The translations under genes were made by a program, and so were the position numbers. From Chloropicon primus (Eukaryota): DNA of 64,000 nt. Where the stretch lies: NCBI GenBank assembly GCA_023205875.1, contig CP060757.1, positions 558,001 through 622,000 on the forward strand, in the 5' to 3' direction. This document shows, piece by piece, positions 19,619 to 29,694 of the stretch; the first letter of the stretch is position 1; each line of letters opens with the position of its first letter. The notes under the pieces are model-generated. The model was not told the DNA's origin. It saw nothing but the letters and a program-made list of their open reading frames with translations, and did not search any database.

Positions 19619-19912
19619 CTAGTCTTCCTTGGGCTTGAAAGCGTCCGCGAAGTCTTCAAACTGCTCCGGGTGCAAGATCATGCAGTCCTTGAGCTTCCCG
19701 AAAGCGTCCGAGCAGTCCGTGTCCTGGAAACCCGGTTCTTGGGATCGGATGAAGCAACTGAACGCCTCGATGAAAGGAGATCCGCATGGCCCCTCCTTCA
19801 GGTCGGACACGCAATCGCACGCCAAGGCCTCGTCTATCTTCCGCTGCACCTTCTCCTCCCTCTCCCCCTCCTCCTCCGTTCGAGAGATCTTCTCCTTCGG
19901 CCGCCCCGCCAT
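19619..19912 (-). CDS. MIA40: Mitochondrial IMS import oxidoreductase MIA40-like
   Basis: CxC followed by twin CX9C (C-GSPFIEAFS-C; C-SDAFGKLKD-C) and a HP..F tail. Confidence 0.8.
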   Translation of the reverse strand: MAGRPKEKISRTEEEGEREEKVQRKIDEALACDCVSDLKEGPCGSPFIEAFSCFIRSQEPGFQDTDCSDAFGKLKDCMILHPEQFEDFADAFKPKED

Positions 19913-20273
19913 ACCCTTCCTGCCCGCCGCGTTGGCCGAGTGCTCAAACGTGAAAGGCCTCCAGCAACTTCACTCCCCTCTCAGACAGTCCTGCTGCCTT
20001 CGTCCTCGACGAGAGAGGAGATCACACCAACACCAACACCAACACCAACACCAGCACCAGCACCAGCACCAGCAGCGAATGAATGGTTCGACGCTCGACC
20101 AGGAGATAAAGTGCGTGCGTGCGTGCGTGCGTGAGAGAGGAAGGGGGTGAGGGAGGGAGGGGGAAGGACGGGTCGGTGCGGTTGTGTTCCTGCCTTCCTG
20201 TTGTCGCGTGGGCCTTGCCTTTTTGTGTGGTTCTTCTTCTCCTTCTCCTTCTCCTTCTTCTTCGTGACGAGGG

Positions 20274-22361
20274 ATGAAGGGAAAGGGTGTGGTGAGGAGG
20301 GTCGAGGGGGTCCCAGCGAGGGAGAGTTGGGGAAGGAGGAGGACGGGGGCGAGGCGACGTGGTGCTAACGCTCACGGGAGCACGAGGACGGCGGCGCCGA
20401 ACGGAGGAACCCGCTGCTCCTCGTCCTCGTCGCCCTTGTTTTCGAGCGGCAGGAGCACCAAGCAGGCGTCGTGGTGCTTGGGGAGGGAAGCCTGCAGCAG
20501 GCGGGGTTGGGGGCTCGGCGCGGCGAGAGAGGGCGTGGACGCGGCGAGGGAGGCGAAGGACAGCTTGGTGGACGTCAGTGCCGCCGAGGCTATCAAAAAA
20601 CTTGCGTTCCTGAGCCAGCTGACCGAGGCAGAGAAAGATGAGTACGTCCGGACCGCGCTCGAGGATTTGAGGGCGAGGCTCAAAGGGTGGCCGCCCGAGC
20701 CGGAGAGGTTGCCCTCCTCGGAGAGGCTTGACGCCATCTCGGAGTCGATGAAGGACGGGTCGATCGTTCTGCGACGGTCTTACCCAATAGGCGACTTTGG
20801 GGAAACGCTGCTGGTGCTGGTGGAAGAGGTGAAGGCAGCAGAACAGGACGGTTCGGGCTCGGGGGGGAGCAGGGGGTACAGGATTCGGTTTTATGCCAAC
20901 GCGGAGAGTCCCATGCAGCTTCATTGGGGGGTCATCGGGACGAACGACAAGACCCAGTCCCAGTGGCTTCTTCCTCCGGATGAGCTGCGGCCTTACGACA
21001 CCAGCTGCACCGAGGAGGCTTGCAACACGGAGCTCGGTGGTGCCGGGGCGCTCCAGATGACCATGGTAGAAATAAGCAGCAACAATCCTGTGGCGGGCCT
21101 GACGTTTGTGCTGAAGAAGAACGGGGGAAAGAGGGGGGGCGAGGAGGCTGACCTTTGGGTGAAAGCCAATGACGGGGGCAACTTTTTTGTCCCCTTGCCC
21201 ACGGATTGGGTGAAAGCTGCTGTGAGCGAGAAGAAGGCTGCGTTGAGGGCAGGGTACCTCCTCGAGAAGATAGCCCAGGGGACAGAGGGCGTGGTCATGT
21301 ACCACCACACGTACACGATCCCTGGGGGGACCATGATCGCGATGGTGAAGGCTGTGAATGCTTCCTATCAGATAGAGATTGTGGTGGACACCGTGGAGGA
21401 CCAGTCCATAACCTTGCACTGGGGGATGTCGACCGGGAACTTCGACCTAAACCCGGAGGCCGAGATCTTGGCCGAGGACGTGAAAACGGATCAGATGGTG
21501 AACGCATCGGGGGAGTGGGTCTTGCCGCCTGAATTGTCGAGACCCACGAACACAGAGTGCGAGGACGAGGAGAACATCTGCAGCACTGAGCTCGAGCACG
21601 AGGGGGACCACAACGTGAAGAGGGCTATCATCAACGCCAAGCCCATTGCTGGGGTGACTGGAATCTCGTTTGTCCTTAAGATTGGGGAGGACTACGTGAG
21701 AAACGACGAGGGGGAGGACTTTCATATTCCAGTGCCCGCTGGAATCCTTCAGGAGCTCTCGCACGAAGCCACGAACAGTCAGGAGGTCCTCCTGCAGAGG
21801 GTCTTTGCCCTCGGCAGGGACGGCAGCCACGGCAGGGTGCTTGCCCTGGTGAGCACGCAGGCCAACAGCGAGACCATGGTGGAGTTCTTTTCTGACAGCC
21901 CCGAGCCTCTTGTGCTCCACTGGGGGGTCTCGAGGGCCCAGATGGGAGAGTGGATGCTCCCAGACGTCTCCATCATGCACGAGCCGGCAGATTCTGAAAT
22001 CATTGCGGGCAAGGCATGCGAAACGAAGTTCAATATGGCCCCAGGGCAGCTTTTGAACGACCTGCTCTCCTCCCCAGAAGACGCGGACCCGTCATCATTC
22101 CAGGAAGGGCAGGAGGGGGCTGGGGTAGCCTTCGCTTATCTACAAAGGGCCTGCCTGCGATTCAAGGCCGACTCGGACGTGATTGCCCTGCCTTTTGTTG
22201 TGCGGACAGACTTTTCTGGCACCAAGCAAATCTGGTTCAAGGACTACTGGGGGAACTACCTGCTGCCGTTGGAGAACGCCGAGGGTCCGCGGCCCGTGAA
22301 AGAAGTCGCAGGCAAGTCGGATGGCTCCCCCGCTACGGGAGTCCCGGGAGAGAGTCGGTGA
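20274..22361 (+). CDS. Plastid protein with three CBM45-like starch-binding modules and no evident catalytic domain
   Basis: Three LHWG...W.LP...C.T...FV motifs like the AMY3/GWD N-termini; transit-peptide-like start. Confidence 0.75.
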   Translation: MKGKGVVRRVEGVPARESWGRRRTGARRRGANAHGSTRTAAPNGGTRCSSSSSPLFSSGRSTKQASWCLGREACSRRGWGLGAAREGVDAAREAKDSLVDVSAAEAIKKLAFLSQLTEAEKDEYVRTALEDLRARLKGWPPEPERLPSSERLDAISESMKDGSIVLRRSYPIGDFGETLLVLVEEVKAAEQDGSGSGGSRGYRIRFYANAESPMQLHWGVIGTNDKTQSQWLLPPDELRPYDTSCTEEACNTELGGAGALQMTMVEISSNNPVAGLTFVLKKNGGKRGGEEADLWVKANDGGNFFVPLPTDWVKAAVSEKKAALRAGYLLEKIAQGTEGVVMYHHTYTIPGGTMIAMVKAVNASYQIEIVVDTVEDQSITLHWGMSTGNFDLNPEAEILAEDVKTDQMVNASGEWVLPPELSRPTNTECEDEENICSTELEHEGDHNVKRAIINAKPIAGVTGISFVLKIGEDYVRNDEGEDFHIPVPAGILQELSHEATNSQEVLLQRVFALGRDGSHGRVLALVSTQANSETMVEFFSDSPEPLVLHWGVSRAQMGEWMLPDVSIMHEPADSEIIAGKACETKFNMAPGQLLNDLLSSPEDADPSSFQEGQEGAGVAFAYLQRACLRFKADSDVIALPFVVRTDFSGTKQIWFKDYWGNYLLPLENAEGPRPVKEVAGKSDGSPATGVPGESR

Positions 22362-22458
22362 TTTGATTTTCTGTGTTTTTAGTTGAAATCTCTTAAATAT
22401 GAACGTATCAGCGTTTTTCTTTTGTACCCTTCTGCTTCACGAGACTCCTCCGCGCGTT

Positions 22459-23440
22459 TCACAGGTGCGTGAATTGCTCTGGGAACGAGTCCGAAATCAG
22501 AACGCCTTCCTCGAAGGGGATGTCTTCGACGTACCCAAACCAATAGATGACCAAGCCAGGTCCAAACCGATTCACGTACTGCTTAAACTGCTTCACTCCG
22601 TCGTTGTAGTAGAGCTCTTCGCTGCAGAAGCAAGCCTTGCTGTCTATCCAGTTGACCACCTTGTCCCCCAGCAAGAACGGAATCTTCAAGAGTGCATCTG
22701 GTGTCTTGGTCGCTCCCTTCTTTCTCAGGTCCGACTCGGTCTCGTAGGCAAGCCCGGAGGACGAGAGCAACTGGTACAGGACGGCCTCGTACTCCAAGCC
22801 CACCGCCCTCTTGACGCTTGCGACGAGGGGAGACGAGACGTGGTCCCTCTTTATGCACGCCTTCACGTCCGAAATAAGCCTAGGAATGGACCCCGAGTCC
22901 AAGAGCTTGTTCGAGTCACCCCCCTGGTGCTCGAGCAAAGGCTGCAGACAGTCTGGGTCGTTGAAGATCTTCGTCACCCTTCCCGGCACCCCCGTGACAA
23001 AGGCACTGCCGAGAAGGTTTGGGAGCAGGAGGCGAGCTAGACTGCACGGAGGAAAGTCCAGGCACTCGCTTATGGCCACCAGGCTCTCCCCTTGGCGCCA
23101 CCTTTCGCCGTACTCGTCAAGCCTCTCCTGCCTACCACAGCGAAAGCAAAAGGCCCTCAAGGTCAATCGAAAGACTCGGGCGCGAGGCGGCCTGCTCGCG
23201 CGTGGTCATGCCACGCTCCTCAGCTTACCTTCTGTGTATCCCGTAGGCTTGCTTCACCCTTGCCACGCAATCCTGGGAATATATGCTCACGAGGGTGTCG
23301 TACCGTATCCAAGGGAACTCCGCCAAGAGGGCCTTGAAGTCCGGCTGATTCACGAGCCCGCACTTCCTGTCCCCTCCACCCTTCCCCGAGCTCGTGCAGA
23401 AGAGTGCCGACCTCACTCGTTCGAACTCATCCTGCTTCAT
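22459..23440 (-). CDS. CDIN1: CDIN1/C15orf41-like (TPD domain) protein; intron 23132-23228
   Basis: GLEYE..L, E..LR..G..KTPD, V.WIDSKA.F, QF..Y.NRFGPG.VIYWFG; splice restores frame. Confidence 0.85.
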
Positions 23441-23662
23441 CGCGACAGACAAAGAGAGGCAGACACCAAGACTCCCAAGCACTTCCGTCTCCCCCCCCTT
23501 CACCCCCCCCGCCCCGGTTCGCGCCCCTCGCCCCTCGCTCTTCCCTCCACCCTTCACGCCTCGAGCGACAGCTTCGTTCGCCGCGATCGATTTATTTTTC
23601 AAACCGAGAAGAGGGCGAGGGCGAGGAAAGTGTAACGCTCGGAGGAGTCGAGTCAGTCAACG

Positions 23663-24590
23663 ATGGAGTCCACGACGGGGATACTGTATGCGTTCATGGG
23701 GAGGGGGCGGACGGTGTGGGCGGACCACCAGGGAAGCATGGCTTTTCAAAACCCACAGAAGACCGCTTCGCAGATGCTTGGGAAATTGAGTCAGGTGAGT
23801 GTTGGTGTTCAACTCGTTCGAGCCGTTTCCTTTCCTCTTGTCTTCATGTGCACGACGACGACGACGACGACGACTGTGTTCGCGAATCGAGTCGCGGGCG
23901 GGTTTTTTCTCTCTCGAGTCGTGGGCGTGCCTGTCCTTTGCTTCGCCGCCGCGGTTTTGCTAACACGCGAACGTGCGCTTTTCTCGTCTCCCCGCCGGCG
24001 TGTGCGTGCTTCGCGATCCTGCTCTTTGGGAACGGCAGGAGGGCAAGTACACGTTCCAGCTGAGCGAGGCTCGCACTGCGTACTGCCTCGTCGACCACCT
24101 CGGCGTCACCTTCGGTTGCGTCGCCAGCAGCACCGGGATGTCCTCCACCTCGGCCATGGTTTTCCTCGGTGACCTCCAGGAGCAGTTCTACTGCCAGTTC
24201 AGCGCGAGCGAGGTGCAGACGTGCGCGGAGAACACGACGCAGTTCAGGAGGTTCTCCGTCACGATGAAGAAAGCGATAGAGATTGCTTACTCTGGCGGCC
24301 AAGGCAAGATCGACGACGTGAAGAAGCAGATCGAGGACACGAGGCAAATCATGTCTTCGAACATCGACAAGGTCCTGGAGAGGGGGGAGAGGCTTGAGGA
24401 CGTCATGGACAAGAGCGAGGCGATGAAGGACACCGCAGACGCCTTCCGCAAGAAGGGCAGGGAGCTCAGGAAAAAGATGTGGTGGCAGAATATGAAGATG
24501 AAAATCATCATCGGAGTCGTCATCCTCATCATCCTCCTCCTTCTTTTCTTCGGCATCTGCAGAGGCGTGAGCTGCGTCACGAAGAAGTAG
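23663..24590 (+). CDS. VAMP7-type longin R-SNARE; intron 23795-24038
   Basis: Longin N-terminus, NIDKVLERGERLE SNARE motif, MWWQNMK and C-terminal TM helix. Confidence 0.92.
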
Positions 24591-24692
24591 TGGCCCGAGG
24601 GACGCACGCAAATACTCCCCTGCACCCACACACACCACCACCACCACCACCATCAAAAGAAAAGAAAAAAACGTCGTTGTTGCTGCTGCTTT

Positions 24693-25110
24693 TCAAGCCA
24701 AACTCTCACTTTCATATATAAACTGATCTTGGAGGTGTTGTCGAAGCTGTTCGACTGTGCACCCCACCAGCTCAAAGGTGTGGCTTCCATTCCCGGTTCG
24801 GTTCCTCGCAAACCTGGCCACAGCGTTTCTCTGGCTCTTGGCCACTCTTTGGTCAGGGTTGGCGTGGTAGAACGCCTTGAGCTCCTCCGGCGTCATCCTG
24901 GCCCTCTTCGCTGCTAGCCACTCCCTGTCCTTTCGTTTGCGCGCCGCTCGCTCCTCCGGCGTCCAACGCTCCGGAGTCTGCGACGGCCATAATATTCTAA
25001 GTAACGAAAACAGCACGATAGGACCCTGCGTTGTGTCATCGCTGCCCTCCTCGCTGCTTTCTGCTCTCTCTTCCGTTGCAAGCGCGGTTCCCGTCGCCTT
25101 CCGTTACAGC
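24693..25110 (-). pseudogene. Truncated virus/phage-type HNH (endonuclease VII-like) endonuclease relic
   Basis: TFELVGCTVEQLRQHLQDQF resembles the pre-HNH motif, but the frame ends before the WHIDH core; basic ...AMT/RMTPEE repeats in more than one frame. Confidence 0.5.
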
Positions 25111-25136
25111 AACAACTCCAATTGTCTAAAATAGAC

Positions 25137-26453
25137 ATGGCGTCCTCGGTCGGCCGGGTGGTGCTCGGAGCAAGGAGGCTCCGAGCTCGGGGGGCGGCGA
25201 CGGGGGCGGGGGGCAGGCGCAGGGGGTGGAGGGCTCGAGGGAGCCTCTTGCTCGCTCGCTGCGACGTGACGGGGAGTGAAAGGACGGGGCCGGGGAAAAC
25301 GGAACGATCGTGGAGTGAGGAGGACACGTCCACGTCCACTTCGTCGTCGTCCCCGAACGTCGTGGAGTGCTACGGGGTTGGGATGGATGTCGAGTGCGAG
25401 ATCGTCGGCGAGGAGGAGGCGCCCGTCGGCGAGGCTCCGTCGGCCGAGGTCTCTCCCTGGCAAGCGGCCCTTGGCGTTCTGAGTCTGACGTCCCCTTTCT
25501 TCTTCTGGGGCACGAGCATGGTGGCCATGAAGTTCGAGGCGATTCACACGACGCCGCTGTTTCTGGGGTCCATGCGACTGGTTCCTGCCGGCGCGGCCCT
25601 CCTCGTGTGGAGCAAAGCTTTCGCGAGCGAAGAGAGGAGGAAAATTGACGTGATCCCAAGGAAGGCAGAGGACTGGGCGAAAATAGTCACCTTCGCCTTC
25701 GTGGACGGGACGTGCTTCCAAGGTTTCCTAGCGGAGGGAATCCAGAGGACGGGCGCGGGGCTGGGGAGCATCATCATAGACTCCCAGCCCATCAGCGTGG
25801 CGATCATGGCTGCCTTGTTCTTGGGGGAGAAGGTGTCCACGAAGACCGCCGTGGGCCTCGCGGTGGGAGTTTTGGGCCTCGCAACGCTGGAGCTTCCGAC
25901 GAGCGTGTGGAGCGAGCTTCCCCTTCACTTGCCTGGCGCGGGGGTGCCAACTGGTCCGGGGCTTGCGGCAACCGGCGGGGAGGTCGGAGACCTGGGGGGG
26001 GAGCTTCTTATGCTATTGGCGGCCCAATCGATGGCCGTCGGAACTATTCTTGTGCGGTGGGTGTGCAAGACGATCGATCCTGTCGTGGCAACAGGCTGGC
26101 ACATGATCCTGGGCGGCCTGCCTTTGTTGGCCATCGCGGCTGCCACTGAGACGGAGCTCCCGCAGAGGCTGGAGGGCCTCGCGGGATCTGACTTCTTGGT
26201 CCTGTCGTACATCACGCTCCTGGGGGGTGCTGCGAGCTACGGCATTTTCTTCGTGAACGCGAACAAGGGGAACCTGACGAAGCTGAGTTCCTTGACCTTC
26301 CTCACTCCCGTCTTCGCGTGCTTCTTCGGGAACCTTCTGCTGCAAGAGACCTTCAACGCCTCACAAGTCGTTGGCGCAGGCATCACCTTGCTTGGAATCC
26401 TCCTGGTCACCGTGGAGCTCCCAAGTGCGAGGGAAGAAGGGAAAGCCGAATAG
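25137..26453 (+). CDS. EamA/DMT transporter (plastid WAT1-related)
   Basis: PFFFWGTSMVAMK, RLVPAG, FQGFLAEG, G.GS.IIDSQP, SSLTFLTP.FA; about 10 TM segments. Confidence 0.9.
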   Translation: MASSVGRVVLGARRLRARGAATGAGGRRRGWRARGSLLLARCDVTGSERTGPGKTERSWSEEDTSTSTSSSSPNVVECYGVGMDVECEIVGEEEAPVGEAPSAEVSPWQAALGVLSLTSPFFFWGTSMVAMKFEAIHTTPLFLGSMRLVPAGAALLVWSKAFASEERRKIDVIPRKAEDWAKIVTFAFVDGTCFQGFLAEGIQRTGAGLGSIIIDSQPISVAIMAALFLGEKVSTKTAVGLAVGVLGLATLELPTSVWSELPLHLPGAGVPTGPGLAATGGEVGDLGGELLMLLAAQSMAVGTILVRWVCKTIDPVVATGWHMILGGLPLLAIAAATETELPQRLEGLAGSDFLVLSYITLLGGAASYGIFFVNANKGNLTKLSSLTFLTPVFACFFGNLLLQETFNASQVVGAGITLLGILLVTVELPSAREEGKAE

Positions 26454-26583
26454 AACGCATGCAATCAGCAGCTGTGTAGTTTTGTTGTTTGCACAACAAC
26501 AAAATATTTATATATTATGAAACAATGGGGTCGAGGTTTAATGTACATGATGTGATTATATATACGGCGGTTCGTTTGGGTGC

Positions 26584-29541
26584 CTACAGCTGATCGTCGT
26601 TGAGCTGGTTCACAGTTGTTGTCTGCCTGTCTCTGTTGAACAACGGATTCGGGGTCTCCATTTTCAGCAAGCTTTTCCTCTTGGAGTTCACTTGCTGGAA
26701 GATGCTCATCATGGTATTCCTCCTGCTTCCTGCCCTTGACCTTCGGTGCGTCTTCAAGTTGGACTCCAAGGCCTTTATTGACTTGAACACGCTCGACTTT
26801 CTTGACGTTCTGACCGTCCTCATAGGGTTATCGGTGTTCCTCCCACCAGTCTCCGCTTTCTGGTAAGTCATGAGCTCTTTGTTCGGGGGACAGACATCAG
26901 AACTCAAGTCAAACATCTGCTGCACTTCCTCCTTCAGTCCTCTCCCAAGGCCGGAGGACGTGAAGGGGGTGTACGTGAAGTACTTTTGCTTGATTGTGCT
27001 CTTGATTTTCTCCATTCGACTCTCCTCGGTCCCTGAACTCGAGCCCGCCTCGCCCTTCTCCTCGCACTCGTGAAACTCGTCCCCCTCGTGCGGAAACAAA
27101 GCATTAATCTTTTCCCCCAAGCTCTCTTCCGTCTCCGCACTGAAGAAGAACTCCTCGAACGTCTTCGCCTTGTCTTCCACGTCGTCCGTGCTCAGGTCAC
27201 ACGAGTCACTGGCATCCTTGAATGACAGGCCGCCGGTTCCAGCATCCTCGAGCTCTTTGGTCCTCTGGGCGCCCCTGAAGACGCTGTACGCCGCAGCTAA
27301 GAACCAGATCCCTGCGGCGATGATGAGCAGGTTCCTGATTCCAGAGAAGCAGTAGTACATCAGCCCAAGCTGCAAGGGCGAAATGAATTTGAGGAGGAAG
27401 AAGACCATGTCCATAACGCCCTCTTGAAGCTGGCGTGGTCTCTGGGCCATTTTAAAGGCTATCACCCTGTCTGTTGCGCACTGCATCAGTATGCCGAGGA
27501 ACCCGATCAGCGGCGAGGACGGAACCATTGGCGCGAAAATTACGGCCATGCTGAGCGTCTTGATGGTGTCAGAGTACCTTATGGATAAGCTGAACTCTGG
27601 AGGCACGAGAATCTTGTCCAGGACATCTTGCGTCTTCGCGTACTGGCAGGACAGCCTGCTGCACAGCCAAGTTGGATCGAGGAGGGCAAGCATCGGCGAC
27701 ATGAATGCATCGATGAGCTGGGTGTAGAAAACCTGTTCGGCGAAGCCTCCCTCCACGTACCAGTTCTTCTCGGTAGCGGCAAGGAGAGGAATCACGCTGG
27801 TGTTCAAAAAATAGGCCGTGGAAAGTTTCATCAAGAGGTACTTTTCGGTGTCGGACCAACTGTGGCGGCGCTCGAAGCCGGAGAAGGCCCCCGCTATCAG
27901 GTGCATGACCATGTTCACAATGACAACGGCGAACGAGCTTGCCATGCTAAGTGACCGCACCCTGAACTGCTTCAAAAGCATCTCCTTGTTGTCGCTCTCT
28001 TTGTACGCGGAGCCCACCTTGTAAGCCACGAAATCACTGATGGCGTCTTCTTTCCAAACCTCAAGCTGCAGCTGGATCAAAGCACCGATCAACAGGACGC
28101 ACACCGTGCCGAAGTTGGAGCACAAGATCCTCAGCCCCTGGTTGAACCCGAAAGTGTTGGTGTTCTCCCACCTAAAGTCACTGGGCTCGGGTGCCCTCGA
28201 GACTTTGATGGTCCTGTCCTGGAACTTGGGGAACCTGGAAATGGTGTTGCACGTCGTGTACTTGCTGAAGGCCTTTGCGATCGGCCTGTTCTGGTCATTA
28301 AAGGCATTCTTGGCGAACGCCTCGTAAGAAAACGTCACCAGGGCCTGGCCCGTGTTCCTGTTCTTCCTCGCGTCTTCCATCACTTTGGCCTCCGCGGACG
28401 CGATTTCCTTCCTCAGGGCGCTTATTCTGCGGGTGATCCAATCCTTCCTGGCCGCGAGGGCTTTCTCCACCCCAAAGAAGGTTGCCCTCAAGAAGAAGGG
28501 CGCGCCAAAGTACGCAAGGGTAAAGAGGATGCCAGACACAGTCATGGTGTCCAATGTGTCCTTGGAGTGCAGGGAAATCTCCCTCTGCATCTCCTCCAGG
28601 TCCGTGATAGCCTTCTTCTTCTCGATCACGTTCCCGATCCTCGGCACTGGCACAGCCCAATGGATCGAGCCGTAGTGCCTGAAGAAGTTGTTCAGTTCCT
28701 CGAGGGTGCACCTCTTGGGGTTAATTCCAGAGATCAGCACGGTGTAGTCCGAGGCCGTGATCACCGCCGAGTTCAAGCGCTCGCCAAGCTTGTCGGACAT
28801 GATTTTGTTGCACGCCAACCACCCCGAGAACAGGACGATGCCAAATGCCATCATCCAGATGGAAAGGAAGGGAAACTTGTTGTTCTCAGCGTCGAGCTGG
28901 ATGTTGCAGCACAGCTCCTTGCTCTCGACGTGGTCACAAGGCATGTGCTTCCTGCACAGCAGGGGGTCTTCCATATTGATGTCGTTCACGCTCTGGCCTT
29001 CTCGGACGGTCACAGTGCACACGGCCGGGCAAAAGTATGGGTTGGAGTGGCCGCCCTTTACGCACAGAGACCCCGCCGAGAGCTGGGTGATCAGGTTCTG
29101 CACCTCGTACGGCCTCGAGCACGTCGCGTTCCTGCTCCCTCGAAGCGCATCCGCGAACTGGAGCGTGTAGCTCTCCTCGAACTCGACCTTGTTGTAGTAC
29201 TGAGTCACGTTCACAAAGTAGGTCACAGAGAGGACTCCCAAGATGACGAGAAACATGTTCAGGTGGTAGAAGTAGAACCCAAGGCCGACAGATTCCATCC
29301 CCACGATTTCGGGCCTGTCAAGAAAGTGGAACCGACTCTGGGTTCCGAATATTGGCAGGTGGGTGTTCGGGTCCCTCTTCACCTTGTAGAGCTTGAGTCT
29401 GTCAGCATTCTGTATGGCTTGGTTCAAGGAAAGCGCCTCGGATTTCTCTCTCTTCCTGATTTTCTTGCAGAAAAGTTTGGAGACTGACCACACGCACACC
29501 CCAAGGACCAGGTAGAGCAACCAAGCCACCGCCGCGGCCAT
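26584..29541 (-). CDS. OSCA/TMEM63 (anoctamin-superfamily)-like ion channel
   Basis: Multi-TM 985 aa; SDYTVLISGI RRM-like cytosolic loop, A.VTF, APEPSD..WEN, FERRHS. Confidence 0.75.
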   Translation of the reverse strand: MAAAVAWLLYLVLGVCVWSVSKLFCKKIRKREKSEALSLNQAIQNADRLKLYKVKRDPNTHLPIFGTQSRFHFLDRPEIVGMESVGLGFYFYHLNMFLVILGVLSVTYFVNVTQYYNKVEFEESYTLQFADALRGSRNATCSRPYEVQNLITQLSAGSLCVKGGHSNPYFCPAVCTVTVREGQSVNDINMEDPLLCRKHMPCDHVESKELCCNIQLDAENNKFPFLSIWMMAFGIVLFSGWLACNKIMSDKLGERLNSAVITASDYTVLISGINPKRCTLEELNNFFRHYGSIHWAVPVPRIGNVIEKKKAITDLEEMQREISLHSKDTLDTMTVSGILFTLAYFGAPFFLRATFFGVEKALAARKDWITRRISALRKEIASAEAKVMEDARKNRNTGQALVTFSYEAFAKNAFNDQNRPIAKAFSKYTTCNTISRFPKFQDRTIKVSRAPEPSDFRWENTNTFGFNQGLRILCSNFGTVCVLLIGALIQLQLEVWKEDAISDFVAYKVGSAYKESDNKEMLLKQFRVRSLSMASSFAVVIVNMVMHLIAGAFSGFERRHSWSDTEKYLLMKLSTAYFLNTSVIPLLAATEKNWYVEGGFAEQVFYTQLIDAFMSPMLALLDPTWLCSRLSCQYAKTQDVLDKILVPPEFSLSIRYSDTIKTLSMAVIFAPMVPSSPLIGFLGILMQCATDRVIAFKMAQRPRQLQEGVMDMVFFLLKFISPLQLGLMYYCFSGIRNLLIIAAGIWFLAAAYSVFRGAQRTKELEDAGTGGLSFKDASDSCDLSTDDVEDKAKTFEEFFFSAETEESLGEKINALFPHEGDEFHECEEKGEAGSSSGTEESRMEKIKSTIKQKYFTYTPFTSSGLGRGLKEEVQQMFDLSSDVCPPNKELMTYQKAETGGRNTDNPMRTVRTSRKSSVFKSIKALESNLKTHRRSRAGSRRNTMMSIFQQVNSKRKSLLKMETPNPLFNRDRQTTTVNQLNDDQL

Positions 29542-29694
29542 GATGGCTGCCCCTCGTCCCTCCAAGGTCCTCCTCCTCTGTCTTTTTCAAAAATCTTTTC
29601 CATGAGATAAGGGCACCAGTTTCACGGGGGGGACTGAACCCATGGACAGCTCACCTCACAAAAACGTCGAGGCACGGCGCCGAGACTGTGACCT

